A DNA stretch of 64,000 nt from the NCBI GenBank assembly GCA_965217865.1, contig CBDCJO010000002.1:3136001-3200000 (forward strand), written 5' to 3'. Under the pieces are notes generated by a model. It saw only the letters and a program-made list of their open reading frames with translations, searched no databases and had not been told where the DNA came from. The DNA comes from Candidatus Latescibacterota bacterium. Its GTDB lineage: Bacteria > Latescibacterota > UBA2968 > SICM01. Position 1 is the stretch's first letter; every line of letters starts with the position of its first letter. The position numbers were made by a program, and so were the translations under genes. Of the stretch, positions 43,854 through 55,532 are shown piece by piece.

Positions 43854-44224
43854 GCACACCCGTCCTTGCAGGAACCAGAGAGGGACCCATGATACCTCAT
43901 GGCTTTATCCATCCCTGGCACCGCATCGCGGGGCACCGAACCGTCGGCGCCTGTGGCAGGATCTCCAGTCGCCCTACGGGCTCCTTCCGCTCCTGCCACC
44001 CCATCGGACAAACTCAGTGACTTCATCATCCAATCCTCCTCACCCTCTACACTAAACTCAGCCGGGAAACTGTCGAGCTACATTCGAAAGGTGTGAAAAA
44101 AGAGAGGAGGCGACCCTGGACTTCCCGTGAGATAGGAATATCCACAAGATCCGGTGGGAAGGAGGATCGCCGTGAAGAAACATACGTCAGATACACCGCC
44201 TTTGTCCATACCTACCTGGGAGAC

Positions 44225-44358
44225 CCTCCTTGCTCGGCGACAGCGCTTCATGGAGCAGAGCGTCAAGCAGGCGGCTGCGGGTGTCATCTCCGTTGTTGAG
44301 GCGTGCCTCCAGCCGGTCGCAGAGGGCCATGAGTTCATCGACCTTGGCGACGATGCGG
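44225..44358 (-). pseudogene. hsdS: Type I specificity subunit C-terminus
   Basis: RIVAKVDELMALCDRLEARL...LLDALLHEAL. Confidence 0.8.
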
Positions 44359-46399
44359 TTGTGGACGCCTGGAGCCGCCGCGTCGTTGGCTGGGCGATGG
44401 CGACCCATCTGCGCGCCGAGCTGGTGCTCGAGGCGTTGAATATGGCGCTCTGGCAACGACAGCCGGAAGCCGTCATCCATCACTCCGACCAGGGATGTCA
44501 GTACACCTCCATTGCCTTCGGTCTACGGTGCTGTATCTATTCTGAGATAACAAGAGAAAAGCAGATAAAGGTCCAAGCAAGATTCAGGCAGCCTTGTGGA
44601 TGGTCTGGGATGTTCTTTGCCGATTGATTTCTATGCGGCGCTGCCGAGCCTCCTCCTTTCGACCTTGTCGGTGGTGAAGAATCTTTTGATGCTGGCCTTT
44701 ATGCCTCTGAAGAGGCGTGACATACTGTATTGCCCCGTGATAGCGTTCGGCGTTGTAGCTGTGAATGAAGGAATCAATCAGGCCTTCCAGTTGATGGAAT
44801 GTGAAGATGTCCTGGAAGCGCAGCCAGTCGTATTTGAATGTCCGGAAAAAGGCTTCGATCCAGGCGTTGTCCGTGGGTGTTTGATATCGGGCAAACAGCT
44901 GCGAGATGCCCAGGTCCTTGAAGAATTGGGCCATCGATTTGGCCTTCATCTGAGATCCGTGATCTGAGAGGGCTGTCAAGCTTATGGGCCCAGTGTCCAG
45001 GTCCAGCAGTCCTTCGTTGGCAAGGGCTTGATCCCAGGCCTGTTTGACCTGCTCCACGGTCGCGTTGAAGGAGAGCTTCCATCCTACGATCTTCCTGGAA
45101 TACACGTCGAGAATGGCGGTAAAATACAGGAACAAACCGAAAAATGGGATGTAGGTCAGGTCCCAGCTCCAGACCTGATTAGGACCTTCAGGTTTGACCT
45201 GGGGCTTGCTCTGCTTGACCGGCGTCCTCACCTGTTTCCTGCGTGCCAGACGTTCTTTCCTGGCCTGTCGGTAGAAGCTGGAGGCCGAGGCCTGCACTAC
45301 CCCCTTCTCTGAGGCTACCACCGCCAGCTGATGGGGAGGCAGATCGGCATAGGTCTCATCCCTTAAGAGGGCCGGGATTTGCTCTTTCTCCTCCCTCAGC
45401 AATCCGTGTGGGGCCTCATCAGGGGCGGGCCCGGGCTTCCCATCCAAAAGCGGGTCCGACACCCCATCCAGCTTCTCTTCTCGATCTCGCCGGCTCCAGG
45501 CACAATACCGCTGGAGGGGAAGCTGTAGGATCTCGCAAGAACGGGTGAGTTTCACCCCTTTCTCCTTGGCCCGATGGACCATTAAGAGGATCTCGCGTTT
45601 GACCTCAGCTTGCACCCGGTGGCCCTTGATCGGGCCTGTCAGATCCCATTCACACTTTTTTTTAGCAGGGAAAGTTCCACAGATTGCTCAATGATCGTTT
45701 GCTCCAGGCGTGCCCGCTCTTTGCGCAGCTGCTCCACCTCCTCAGCCGATACCATCGGCTTGCGGCTCCGGCGACCCTTGAACTCCTTGAGGGCCCCGGA
45801 CTTGACCGACTCACGAATACGCTTTAGATCCGAGGAATGAATGCCCCATTTCCGCAGCACCTGTGCAATGGGAACATCTCCCCGGCTGGCTTCAAGGAAA
45901 ATCTCATACTTCTGTTCCGGGGACAAGCTCCTGCGCTTCTTGACCGGGTCACTGTTTGAGGACAGTTGCTCCATCTTTACTCCTCCTGTGAGGTCAGGGA
46001 TATCCCAAAATATGTATCCCTTCTCAACCCTACAGGCAACCAGGATCTTGCTTCGACCTTGCCCCCGTTTTTTCGGGCGATCTCAGACAAAAGATAGTGC
46101 CGCAAGGCCGGTGTCCGGCCTTCTATGGGTTCCACCGGTGATTGCTACGACAACGCGTTATGCGAGAGCTTCTTCGCCACGCTTGAATGCGAACGCCTGG
46201 ATCGCCGAAACTACCGCACACAGGCCGAAGCCCGGATGTCCGTATTTCAATACATCGAGGGCTGGTACAACCTCCATCGGCGACACTCAGCACCCGGATA
46301 TCTCTCTCCAATGAACTTCGAGAAGACCTCCAGCGATGTCGCCCTTGCAGCCGACTGAATCGAAACTGATAAACCGTCCGCTAAACCGGGGTAACTCCA
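44359..46399 (+). pseudogene. Third IS3-family orfB 3' part, interrupted by IS copy 5
   Basis: VVDAWSRRVVGW..HHSDQGCQYTS|MGSTGDCYDNALCESFF..GWYNLHRRHS; IRR ends at 46399. Confidence 0.85.
44532..46096 (-). mobile_element. IS3-family element, full copy 5
   Basis: orfA 45639-45974, orfB 44584-45615; TSD GTGC. Confidence 0.95.
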
Positions 46400-46432
46400 A
46401 CTCAACTGCGAGAAGATTAGGGAGCGTATTGC

Positions 46433-47075
46433 GTGAGCATTGTGCACTCTTACGCCGTCGGGAGCGGCGACATGTTTTCAATCCGACATGACTCGGATAA
46501 CTGCACGATCATTGATTGCAGCATTTCGAAGGACGATCAAGACTGTCTATTGGGGGAGATTGACAAGCAACGTAAAGGCAAGGCAATCACGCGATTCATA
46601 TCCACACATCCAGACCAAGACCACCTAATGGGCCTGTCGGCACTGGACGACCATATTAAGATCTTGAACTTTTATGTAGTGAAGAACAATGCCACAAAGG
46701 ACGACGAAACCGACGACTTCAAGCGCTACAAGAACCTACGGGACGGAGACAAGGCCTTTTACATCCATAAAGGATGTACCAGAAGGTGGATAAATCAGAG
46801 TAATGAGGAGCGCGGCCATTCAGGCATCAACGTCTGGTGGCCTGTGACTTCTAACGAGGACTTCAAGCAGGCGCTGCAGGATGCGGCCGATGGCATGAGT
46901 CCGAACAACATCTCTCCCGTGATTACCTGTTCTCTCGAAAACGGTGTCAAGATGGCTTGGTTTGGAGATCTTGAGACGGAGTTCATGGAAAAGATCGCAG
47001 ACGAGATTTCGTGGCCCGAGGTTGACATTGTGTTTGCACCACACCATGGACGGGATAGCGGCAAGATCCCTGCTC
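46433..47075 (+). pseudogene. MBL-fold hydrolase (ComEC/Rec2-like), 3'-truncated
   Basis: VGSGDM, THPDQDH, GDLE, APHHG. Confidence 0.75.
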
Positions 47076-47714
47076 TATTAGATGAAATCTTGACGAATAT
47101 CTCGAAAAAGTGTATTCTATACAACGTCTCGAAGGGGGATGGGTAGGATGAACACCTAAGAAAGAAAATGGGATACTTGGAGGGTAACGCCGAAAAAAAG
47201 ACTCATATCCTGGGTGGGATTGTACATAATTCTCTATATGTTTTCTACAGGCTGGTCCTGCTACTTGTAATCTTCTACTTGTTCTTTAACTACTTTGTAT
47301 GGTGACCCGTTTGGTTGTGTAAACTCTTGGGCCTCTCTGTCTCCTGTGGACGAATCGGGCCGTCAGGGGCGGTTCTGGTCCGGGAAAGAGGCTATTCCAC
47401 GAGCCGAAGCTGTTCTCTTGGGTGGCATAGCAAGCTTCGAGGGGCAGGGGACCAGCACCACCACCGGCCACTTCGAGTCAGTCTGTCATTATCACTAATC
47501 ATTGCAGCGGAATAATGGCGACACAGCAAGCGATTGCCCAACTTAAAACTGCGCTCGAGCGCTTAGAATCCATCGGTACGCAGAAGCTCTTTCGTCCTAA
47601 CCTGGGAGACGAGTCACTGCAATCAGAGCTCGAGCCGAAACTGAATAGGGTTTTGGACTTTGCTCGGTTCGCCCTTGAGTACGCGACAGAAGTGGCAGAT
47701 AGACAAGTTGACGC

Positions 47715-47920
47715 TGTGGCCGGGAGGCGGGGTCTACCTGAGCAATGAGGGGAGGACGAGCCTGATCAAGGCATGGGAGGCCCACAAGGAAGCGGAGATA
47801 TATCATGCTATTTCCGATCGACAGATAGGCAGGTGGGCATTGCCATCGGTCCAGGCGACGCTGCTCGCACGACATCTGCGCGGTGATCTACCGGCCTATC
47901 CACCCTTCGTCATGCCGTGA
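47715..47920 (+). pseudogene. cas1: Cas1 C-terminal fragment (type I-G-like locus)
   Basis: GGVYLSNEGRTSLIKAWE..QATLLARHLRGDLPAYPPF. Confidence 0.85.
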
Positions 47921-47923
47921 GCT

Positions 47924-48214
47924 ATGGACCTTCTGGTCACCTACGACATCGCCGACACGGAAGGCCTGGGAGCGTCTCGACTCAGGCGTATCGCCGAAGT
48001 CTGCGAGAAGTACGGTCAACGGGTGCAGCTATCGGTATTCGAGTGTCGCCTGTCCCATGAGCGGTTGGCTCGCATGATCAACGAGATGCAGGATGTCATC
48101 GACAGTCATCGTGATTCGGTGATCGTGTATCGCTTCCCCGGGCACTTGGAGGAGGCCAGACTGCGCTTCGGTCGGAGCCAACCTCACGAGTTGGGCCAAC
48201 CTTGGGTGCTTTGA
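47924..48214 (+). CDS. cas2: CRISPR-associated endonuclease Cas2
   Basis: LLVTYDI..RLRRIAEVCEKYGQRVQLSVFEC..DSVIVY. Confidence 0.95.
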   Translation: MDLLVTYDIADTEGLGASRLRRIAEVCEKYGQRVQLSVFECRLSHERLARMINEMQDVIDSHRDSVIVYRFPGHLEEARLRFGRSQPHELGQPWVL

Positions 48215-48418
48215 CTCATCTGCGAACCCTCGGTGATCCTGGGGAGCCGCGTCACAAGCGGCGTCTTTAGGGCCGGTTTTTCCCGATTGTGCCGATTTCT
48301 CTTAACTGGTATCGTTCGTAAGGCTGTGAATCTACCGCAAACACGTCACCTCCGACGGCTCCCCGCCTTGCGAAAAGGCCATGTTTCGCCTTGAATCCCC
48401 CTTTTCCCAGGATTAGCA

Positions 48419-48512
48419 GTGTCGCCGGGGTATGCGCCCCAGCCTTCGTTGAGCGCGGGAGCAGGAGATCGCACCCCGTGTGACAGAAGCGGTGTCGCCG
48501 GGGTATGCGCCC
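48419..48512 (+). CRISPR. Truncated CRISPR array: one 37-bp repeat, one 36-bp spacer, 21 bp of second repeat
   Basis: GTGTCGCCGGGGTATGCGCCCCAGCCTTCGTTGAGCG after a ~200-bp leader downstream of cas2. Confidence 0.85.
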
Positions 48513-48544
48513 TTGGCCCGCCAAATTGCCGGCGACAAGGGCGT

Positions 48545-48872
48545 CGCCACGCCTGAATACGCATCAGAAAGCTGCGTTGTACAAAGTCTTTCTGCCAGAG
48601 GAAGCCAAACGGATTGCAGACAAGATTGACATGCATTTCACACCCAAGCGCGGCAGTTGGCTCAACATCGCCGAAATCGGCCTGAACGTCCTCTACCGTC
48701 AGTGTCTGGATCGACGCATCTCTACCATCCAACAACTCGGCAAGGAAGTGAAAGCTTGGCTCACAGAGCGGGATCAGAATCCACCCATCGTCAACTGGCG
48801 CTTCAACACCAAAGATGCACGCATCAAGCTGAAGCGCCTCTATCCCGCACTCCTACCTGGGTGAACCACTAG
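48545..48872 (+). pseudogene. IS630 transposase C-terminus and right end
   Basis: LNTH..HFTPKRGSWLNIAEI..ARIKLKRLYP; ends at CTAG. Confidence 0.85.
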
Positions 48873-48888
48873 CCTTCAGGGATGCCTG

Positions 48889-51800
48889 ATGAGATCACGA
48901 ACACCCGCAAGTGTGGTCGTCCTCTGCATCGCGTGCATCGTAGTTGGCGTGTCCGCTGCGGAGCAATCAGGACAGATCACGGGCGTCGTCGTCGACGTGA
49001 CGGACGGCGTGCTGCCCGGCGTGTCGGTCAGGCTGGGCGGCGCTCCGAGCGGCCCGCAGCAGGTGCAGACGGATGCGCGGGGCCGGTTTGCGTTCACCGG
49101 CCTCTCGCCCGGCGTCTACAGGGTGTCCGTCTACCTGAACGGGTTCGGCGAGGCGGCCGTGAACGACGTCGCGGTTGCGGGCGATCCGGTGGCGCTTCTT
49201 TCCATCACGTTGCGGCGGGCCGCGTTCGACGACGTCGCGGTCGTCACTGCGACCCGGGTCGAGGAGCCGCTGCAGCAGGTGCCGATGAGCATCTCCGCGG
49301 TGACCGGCGCGGACATCGAGCGTCGGGCGATCGGGAACCTGACGGAGCTGTCGCACTGGACGCCCGGCTTGACCGTGGTCGATCAGGGCGCACGCGGCAG
49401 CAACGTCATCATCGCGCGCGGCCTGCACACGGATGCGCTGAACGGATCGGAGGCGGCCGGCAACAACTACAATAACGGCGTTGCCACCTACCTCGGCGAC
49501 ATTCCGCTCGCCGTCGACCTCCGGCTGCACGACATCGAACGCGTCGAGGTGCTGCTCGGACCGCAGGGGACGCTGTACGGCGCCGGCACGCTGGCCGGAG
49601 CGGTGCGCTACCTGCCTCGTCGCCCGGACACCGAACGCCGCACGCTGGACGTCCGCGGCGACCTGTTCGGCTTGGCGCACGGCGGCGCCCCCGGAACCGA
49701 CGCCGGCCTGACCTTCAACCTGCTGTATCTATTCTGAGATAACAAGAGAAAAGCAGATAAAGGTCCAAGCAAGATTCAGGCAGCCTTGTGGATGGTCTGG
49801 GATGTTCTTTGCCGATTGATTTCTATGCGGCGCTGCCGAGCCTCCTCCTTTCGACCTTGTCGGTGGTGAAGAATCTTTTGATGCTGGCCTTTATGCCTCT
49901 GAAGAGGCGTGACATACTGTATTGCCCCGTGATAGCGTTCGGCGTTGTAGCTGTGAATGAAGGAATCAATCAGGCCTTCCAGTTGATGGAATGTGAAGAT
50001 GTCCTGGAAGCGCAGCCAGTCGTATTTGAATGTCCGGAAAAAGGCTTCGATCCAGGCGTTGTCCGTGGGTGTTTGATATCGGGCAAACAGCTGCGAGATG
50101 CCCAGGTCCTTGAAGAATTGGGCCATCGATTTGGCCTTCATCTGAGATCCGTGATCTGAGAGGGCTGTCAAGCTTATGGGCCCAGTGTCCAGGTCCAGCA
50201 GTCCTTCGTTGGCAAGGGCTTGATCCCAGGCCTGTTTGACCTGCTCCACGGTCGCGTTGAAGGAGAGCTTCCATCCTACGATCTTCCTGGAATACACGTC
50301 GAGAATGGCGGTAAAATACAGGAACAAACCGAAAAATGGGATGTAGGTCAGGTCCCAGCTCCAGACCTGATTAGGACCTTCAGGTTTGACCTGGGGCTTG
50401 CTCTGCTTGACCGGCGTCCTCACCTGTTTCCTGCGTGCCAGACGTTCTTTCCTGGCCTGTCGGTAGAAGCTGGAGGCCGAGGCCTGCACTACCCCCTTCT
50501 CTGAGGCTACCACCGCCAGCTGATGGGGAGGCAGATCGGCATAGGTCTCATCCCTTAAGAGGGCCGAGATTTGCTCTTTCTCCTCCCTCAGCAATCCGTG
50601 TGGGGCCTTATCAGGGGCGGGCCCGGGCTTCCCATCCAAAAGCGGGTCCGACACCCCATCCAGCTTCTCTTCTCGATCTCGCCGGCTCCAGGCACAATAC
50701 CGCTGGAGGGGAAGCTGTAGGATCTCGCAAGAACGGGTGAGTTTCACCCCTTTCTCCTTGGCCCGATGGACCATTAAGAGGATCTCGCGTTTGACCTCAG
50801 CTTGCACCCGGTGGCCCTTGATCGGGCCTGTCAGATCCCATTCACACTTTTTTTAGCAGGGAAAGTTCCACAGATTGCTCAATGATCGTTTGCTCCAGGC
50901 GTGCCCGCTCTTTGCGCAGCTGCTCCACCTCCTCAGCCGATACCATCGGCTTGCGGCTCCGGCGACCCTTGAACTCCTTGAGGGCCCCGGACTTGACCGA
51001 CTCACGAATACGCTTTAGATCCGAGGAATGAATGCCCCATTTCCGCAGCACCTGTGCAATGGGAACATCTCCCCGGCTGGCTTCAAGGAAAATCTCATAC
51101 TTCTGTTCCGGGGACAAGCTCCTGCGCTTCTTGACCGGGTCACTGTTTGAGGACAGTTGCTCCATCTTTACTCCTCCTGTGAGGTCAGGGATATCCCAAA
51201 ATATGTATCCCTTCTCAACCCTACAGGCAACCAGGATCTTGCTTCGACCTTGCCCCCGTTTTTTCGGGCGATCTCAGACAAAAGATACTGCCGCTCGTCA
51301 CGCGGAAGCTGGCGCTGCGCGGCTCCGTCGATCGCTACGGCGCCCCTGGGTTCATCGACTACAACTACCTGTTGCGCACGCCGGGCGTCTCCGAGCCGGA
51401 CCTGACCGATCCCGAGGCGGTGGAGGCGAACCTCCGCCGGGAGCCCGACGCGAACACCGAGGAGACGCTCTCCGCGCGGCTCTCCCTGCTCTGGGAGCCG
51501 GCGTCGGACCTCTCGGCCCTCGTCGCGTACCACTTGCAGGATCAGTGGGTCGGGGCGCGGCAGATCAACCACGTGCGGTCTTTCGGCACGGATCGCTACG
51601 TCTCCGCGCACCGCTTCGTCGAGCCCAACGACCGGAAGAACGAGCTGTTGAGCCTGGAGGTGACCTGGGCGCTGGGTAGCACGGAACTGACGTCCGAGAC
51701 CGGCTACTCCCGCTTCGTGGAGCGCGGCCAGCGCGACCAGACCGACCTCCTCATCCAGGAGTTCGGCATCGCGGGACTGCTGCCCGGCACGTTCCCGGCG

Positions 51801-52770
51801 CTCGCGCGGGCGCAGGCGATCGATTCGGGCGTCACCGCCACCGACCTGACGTCCGGGTTCCGCTCGTTTGCCGCCTATACGCGGGAAGACGCGCGGGAGG
51901 AGCGCTTCAACTGGGAGGTGCGGCTGGTCTCGACCGGCGACGGGCCGTGGCACTGGGTCGGCGGCGCGTTCTTCAACAACTACGACAGCCGCGCGACGAG
52001 CTTCGAGTACGCGCCCGGGCTGTCGGAGTTCTCCGGTGTTACGCCGATCCTGGGTGGGAGCCCGGTGTCCGAGCCGGTCGAGTACTACAACCTCGGGGTG
52101 CAGGACGTTGAAGAGCGTGCCCTGTTCGGCAAGGTCACGCGCGACCTCGGCGACCGGTGGCGCGTGACGGGCGGCGGCCGCTGGTTCGGCTACGGCATCG
52201 CGACCGGCAGCCTCAGCGAGTTCGAGTCCGACGACCGCGGCTTCCTGTTCAAGGGGAGCGTCAGCTACCGGCTCGACGACCAGACGAACGCGTACTTCAC
52301 CCGGTCGGAGGGGTACCGCATCGGCGGCGGCAACAACTTCCGGGTCTGCACCGACGCGGAGATCGCGCTGCTCACGGACGCTGATGACAGCAACGACCCG
52401 CCGCAGTCGGGTTGCATCTACGCCGATCAGGCGCTCATCCGGCCGGACAAGACGACCAACTACGAGGTGGGGCTGCGCCACTCATGGCGCGACGAACGGT
52501 TCACCCTCAGCGCGACCGTGTTCCACGTCGACTGGACCGACATCCAGGTGGCGGGGCTTACCCCGTTCAGTGCGGAGCCGATCACGCTGAACGGCGGCGG
52601 GGCGGTGAGCCGCGGTGTCGAGGTGGCGTCGGCGGCCAGCGTGACGAACGCGTTGCGCCTTCGCGGGTCGTGGTCGTATACGCGGGCGGATCTCAGTCAG
52701 GACTCGCCCGGCCTGCTCGACGACGGCGCCGACGCCTTCGAGGGCGACCGGCTTCCGGGCGCGCCGCTAC
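48889..52770 (+). pseudogene. TonB-dependent receptor, IS-interrupted and 3'-truncated
   Basis: Carboxypeptidase-like N domain, VTATR..VPMSISAV, ERVEVLLGPQGTLYGAG, barrel; very GC-rich. Confidence 0.9.
49724..51287 (-). mobile_element. IS3-family element, full copy 6 (1564 bp)
   Basis: TSD CTGC; slippery run one A shorter, orfA 107 aa. Confidence 0.95.
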
Positions 52771-53074
52771 TTCGCCAACGTGCTCGCCCCGCGGCGGGCC
52801 GGCGTCCGCATCCGATACTCCCTCTGGTGAGGTCCGCAAAAGACGTGGTCACGGGCGCCAACAGCCATTTTATCCGAGGCGTCGAAGATATGAAGAAATA
52901 AATATCTGTCCCGGATATAGAGAGATACCTGAGTCGCATCTTATTAGAGTTTTATCCACCTCTGAGGGTTGGTACGTGGATCTTTTTAGTGTCTCAGCCA
53001 GACGGTTCTGTTTTGAGGAAGGAGGCCGTAGTCCGATGATGAATGCCGGGAATCTCCCAGCTGGATACGCGATT

Positions 53075-53316
53075 CCTGCCCACCATTTTCGTTCCTACAC
53101 CCACACTACCGGAATCAGCGAGACGATCGAACTAGCGCGCGCCTTGGATCAACTGCCTCGACGGCTGATCGTATTCGGCATCGAAGGGAAGACTTTGGGG
53201 ACGGTACGGGACTCTCAGAACCCGTTCAGGCGGCCGTGAGTGAGACGATAGAACGCGTTAAGAAAGAGGCTTCCATTCCTGGGGATTCCGACCAGGCTGA
53301 CTCTCAAATTGCAACC
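53075..53316 (+). pseudogene. Hydrogenase maturation protease C-terminal fragment
   Basis: THTTGISETIELARALDQLPRRLIVFGIEGK, frameshift, then VSETIERVKKEASIPGDSDQADSQIAT. Confidence 0.65.
53292..53316 (+). repeat. 25-bp direct repeat (copy 2)
   Basis: Identical to 20942-20966. Confidence 0.9.
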
Positions 53317-53778
53317 ATAACCCGTACGCGGCGTCCTCCCAGGGATCGGATAAACTGTCTGCTTTCCTTCATCTATGCCTTGGTCCGCCACGATTGTTTG
53401 GCTGCGTTGACGACCGCTGGACTGGACCCATACGTCGGGTGGCTCCATGCGACGCGCGCGGGGAGGCCCGCCTGCGCCTTGGATCTGATGGAGGAATTCC
53501 GGCCCTGTTTGGCGGAGAGACTGGCGTTAACCCTGATCAACCGCCGTCAAATAGAGACCAGGCATTTTCGTGAACGAGAAGGCGGCGCCGTGGAATTCAC
53601 CGACCGGGGCAGGAAAGAGGTTATCCAGGCTTGGCAACAACGCAAGCAAACGGAAGTCAAACACGCCCTGTTCAAGCAAAACATCCGTTTAGGGCAAGTC
53701 TTCAGTATTCAAGCCAAGTTATTGGCCCGGAATCTCCGCGGCGATGTCCCTGACTATATCCCCTTCATTTCAAAATAA
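53317..53778 (+). pseudogene. cas1: Cas1 C-terminal half (type I-C-like)
   Basis: RTRRPPRDRINCLLSFIY..GLDPYVGWLH..ALDLMEEFR. Confidence 0.9.
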
Positions 53779-54068
53779 TGTTTATCCTGATCGCGTACGA
53801 CGTTTCGACCACGGACAAACCTGGGCAAAAACGACTGCGCCGGGTGGCAAGAGCCTGTGAGGATTACGGTGTCCGGGTTCAAAAATCGCTTTTTGAGTGT
53901 CAGGTCGGAAAAACCGAATGGGCAGTGCTCAGGAGTCGTCTGCTAAAAGAAATCGACCCTAGTCAGGATTCCCTCAGGTTCTATTACATGGACGAAGACT
54001 CCAGAAAGGAGACGGAGCATCACGGGATCAAAGAACCCGTGGACTTTAACGCGCCACTGATTTTATAG
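53778..54068 (+). CDS. cas2: CRISPR-associated endonuclease Cas2
   Basis: ILIAYDVST..KRLRRVARACEDYGVRVQKSLFEC..DSLRFY. Confidence 0.95.
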   Translation: MFILIAYDVSTTDKPGQKRLRRVARACEDYGVRVQKSLFECQVGKTEWAVLRSRLLKEIDPSQDSLRFYYMDEDSRKETEHHGIKEPVDFNAPLIL

Positions 54069-54248
54069 CATGCGCGAATGCAAAGTAACGGAGTTTTTGC
54101 CGTGTATTCGCGCAGCTGGAAAGTGACTGTATAGCAACAGGTTCTCGCGTTTCTTGACAGTCGAGTCAGGAGTTCTTGACAATTATTCGATCGAATCGCG
54201 CATACACCTGTATAACCTTTTGGTATTCTGCTGGTTACAGCAGCCAGC

Positions 54249-54343
54249 ATCTCCCCTTGCTTCGGTGAGGGGAGCGGATTGAAACGATGGTACTGATGAT
54301 GCTACGCTTGGTCAGCGATCGATCTCCCCTTGCTTCGGTGAGG
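54249..54343 (+). CRISPR. Truncated CRISPR array: one 37-bp repeat, one 36-bp spacer, 22 bp of second repeat
   Basis: ATCTCCCCTTGCTTCGGTGAGGGGAGCGGATTGAAAC after a leader downstream of cas2. Confidence 0.85.
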
Positions 54344-54614
54344 ACCCGACACTGAGCTGCGTGACACCGAGCAAATCCCGCTGTTGGAGGAGGGCGGAAT
54401 CGAGGCGTTCCTGCGCCGAGAAGTGCTGCCCTATGCGCCTGACGCATGGTTTGTGCCGGACAGCATCAAGACCGGCTACGAGGTCAGCTTCACCCGATAC
54501 TTCTACAAGCCCCAGCCACTGCGCAAGCTGGAAGAGATCCGGGCGGAAATTCTGGCGCTGGAGCAGGAGACGGAGGGGTTGCTCGAAAAGATTATTGGGA
54601 CAATGGAAAGATGA
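54344..54614 (+). pseudogene. hsdM: Type I methyltransferase C-terminus
   Basis: PDTELRDTEQIPLLEEGGIEAFLRREVLPYAPDAW..GYEVSFTRYFY. Confidence 0.85.
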
Positions 54615-55420
54615 GCATGGTTCCTTCGTTCCCCGCAGGTCAGATCGAGTCGTTGGCAAAACTGCTCGGTGATTGCGGTACTGGACCGGATATCACTCGT
54701 ATGCTGGCTCATTGCGGGCTGATTGATGGCTCGGGAGAATCCACCAAATGGCGGAGGCTCTATTGGGTATTCCTCGATGTCCAGAACAGGGACAGGTGCG
54801 CCAACCAAACACTCAACTTCATTAAGGCTTTCTTTACGCCTGCCCGTTTCGTTGGCAGGAATGAGGAATTCGAAACGCACCGTCAAGCACTGAACACAAT
54901 CTTGGCATTCTCAGGGCTTGAGTACGGATCTGACGGGAAATTCCGGAAGCGCCGGGCTGCACAGACGCTGAGTGAGGCAGAGCGGCGAGCAGACACGATC
55001 CAGGCAAAGTTTCAGGGGCGGCGCATCCATCCGGAAGTAATGAAGTACTGTCGCGCTGAACTTATGCAGGACGACTACTTCCATGCTGTCTTCGAGGCGA
55101 CCAAAGGGCTGGCGCAACGGATTCGCGAGATGTCGGGAGTTGATGGGGACGGAGCGACCCTTGTGGATCGGGTCTTCTCTACCAGCCGACCAGTGCTGGC
55201 GTTCAACCCGTTGCAAACCGAGACGGAAAAGAGTGAACACCGGGGATTTGCTGAGCTGCTGAAGGGTTGCCTTGCGGCCGTCAGGAACCCTCGCGCGCAC
55301 GAACCGAAGATACTCTGGAAGGGTGAAGATGATGCAGCGGACTACTTCACTCTGATTTCACTCCTCCATCGGAAGCTGGATGATTACGTGACGACCGGGT
55401 TGAGAGCATTCCGTGATTAG
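54611..55420 (+). CDS. TIGR02391-family protein
   Basis: STKWRRL, IHPEV, YFHAVFEATK, DGATLVD, RNPRAHEP; ATGA overlap with hsdM. Confidence 0.8.
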   Translation: MSMVPSFPAGQIESLAKLLGDCGTGPDITRMLAHCGLIDGSGESTKWRRLYWVFLDVQNRDRCANQTLNFIKAFFTPARFVGRNEEFETHRQALNTILAFSGLEYGSDGKFRKRRAAQTLSEAERRADTIQAKFQGRRIHPEVMKYCRAELMQDDYFHAVFEATKGLAQRIREMSGVDGDGATLVDRVFSTSRPVLAFNPLQTETEKSEHRGFAELLKGCLAAVRNPRAHEPKILWKGEDDAADYFTLISLLHRKLDDYVTTGLRAFRD

Positions 55421-55532
55421 AGACCTCCACTCCTACCCCTCCTACAAGCCCTCCGGCGTCGAGTGGCTCGGCGACGTGCCAGAGCATTGGGAGGTACGGC
55501 GATTGAAACACGTTTGCTCAAGGTTCGCGCTT
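55413..55532 (+). pseudogene. hsdS: Type I specificity subunit N-terminus
   Basis: YPSYKPSGVEWLGDVPEHWEVRRLK. Confidence 0.85.

Noticed and set aside
47715-54343. Functional CRISPR-Cas or CRISPR-associated transposon
   Set aside because: Both cas1 genes are truncated; no effector, cas6 or Tn7-like genes in the window
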